From assembly GCF_009914755.1 (NCBI RefSeq), contig NC_060931.1: a DNA stretch of 64,000 bases. One strand, 5' to 3'. Under the pieces are notes generated by a model. It worked only from the letters and a program-made list of their open reading frames with translations, was not told the origin of the DNA and ran no database searches. The translations under genes and the position numbers were made by a program. The DNA is from the human T2T-CHM13v2.0 reference genome, Homo sapiens. The first letter of the stretch is position 1. Each line of letters starts with the position of its first letter. This document shows, piece after piece, positions 63,034 to 64,000 of the stretch.

Positions 63034-64000
63034 CCTAGTTTATCATTTATATTAATATGTGTCTTTTTGATTTATCATGGGTCAATCCCCTGAATCTGAT
63101 TAGCCCTACAGCAACACATAAAATTAAATTTCTAAATGTGCAAAACTGAGAAGGAGCCCCACCACCTGTGGCAGCATCTTCATGGTGCTACTGCAGTCTT
63201 TCCCTGCCATATTCCTGGGCCAATCACTAGCACTGGCCAGTGGAGAGCAGTTATCTATCCCCTGGGCTTCCCCAAGCCTTTGGTTCATGCTTCTGTAACA
63301 GTGCTTATCACTTTTTATGTGTCCGTTTTACCTACTGGGCAGGGCTAGGCACAAGAATAAGGGCTCAGAAATGCTTGAAATTTTTTTAAAATAAATTTTC
63401 ATTTGCACACATCTTCCTAGGTCCTCAGCTTCTTCTCAATAATAAGCTGGGCACTTCATTCAGGATGTTGGGGCACCTGCTTTTCTCCTCTTATTCTGAT
63501 CCCTATTTCTTCCATCCCCAGACACCTGCCCCCTGCACTGAACAAGTGTTGGAAAGCAAACATGGCAGAAATAAATACCAGTCAAGCAGTGCCTACACTG
63601 CAGGGAGCCCATAAAAGGAGAAGGCCCCTCTAAACTGGAAGATATGTTTATTTTACAATTAGCAAAAGGTCAGTAGGCCTGGTATAGAATCCAAGTGTTA
63701 CTCTGCTGTGTTAGCAAGAATTGTGGGGTTGGGAAGTTACTGCTGGGGATTTGGAATTTTTATTATTAATTCCAGGAAACCAGTGGTTTCTGAGTAATAC
63801 ATGAATCACAGGAAAGTAGTCTGCCATCCTTTGACAAAAAGTTAGCTCCTTTTTGGTGACATAACAAGGTCAATAGGTCATGGGAGCTCTTCTGGGTTAC
63901 CTTAAAATGACCCCTTTTGAGGATGTAACAGATTATTAATTAAGAGCCATATCAAGGAGCTATGGCTAGGCGGGGGCAAGCCTTCAATCTTTGATTTAGA

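Overview
Primate (human-like) genomic DNA, not prokaryotic. The only intact protein-coding content is exons 2-4 of a ZNF91-subfamily KRAB-C2H2 zinc-finger gene on the + strand. I recognise the protein as ZNF92. Its three exons plus an upstream ATG-only exon (outside the window) give 586 aa with 11 intact fingers. The rest is mostly transposon-derived: about 30 Alus (two nested pairs), a decayed class I ERV gag-pro-RT fragment, a solo L1PA 5'UTR, a dead full-length L1PA4/5-like element, and an older near-full-length L1PA11-13-like element carrying a MER11 solo LTR and a short L1PA8-like insert. Past 53.6 kb is a block rich in ancient repeats (MIR, L2, MER20, Kanga/Tc2, MLT1, LTR33). The most unusual element is a 1.5-kb self-complementary array at 52.1-53.6 kb. 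It is built from GTGTGACAC, GTGACTGACAC and GTGACCAACAC words, holds about 22 CACGTG E-boxes, switches polarity internally and has a ~0.5-kb higher-order repeat. It replaces an L1 3' end at a change in repeat landscape. Several other junctions carry smaller fold-back or tandem scars. Repeat subfamily calls and repeat boundaries are by eye and approximate.
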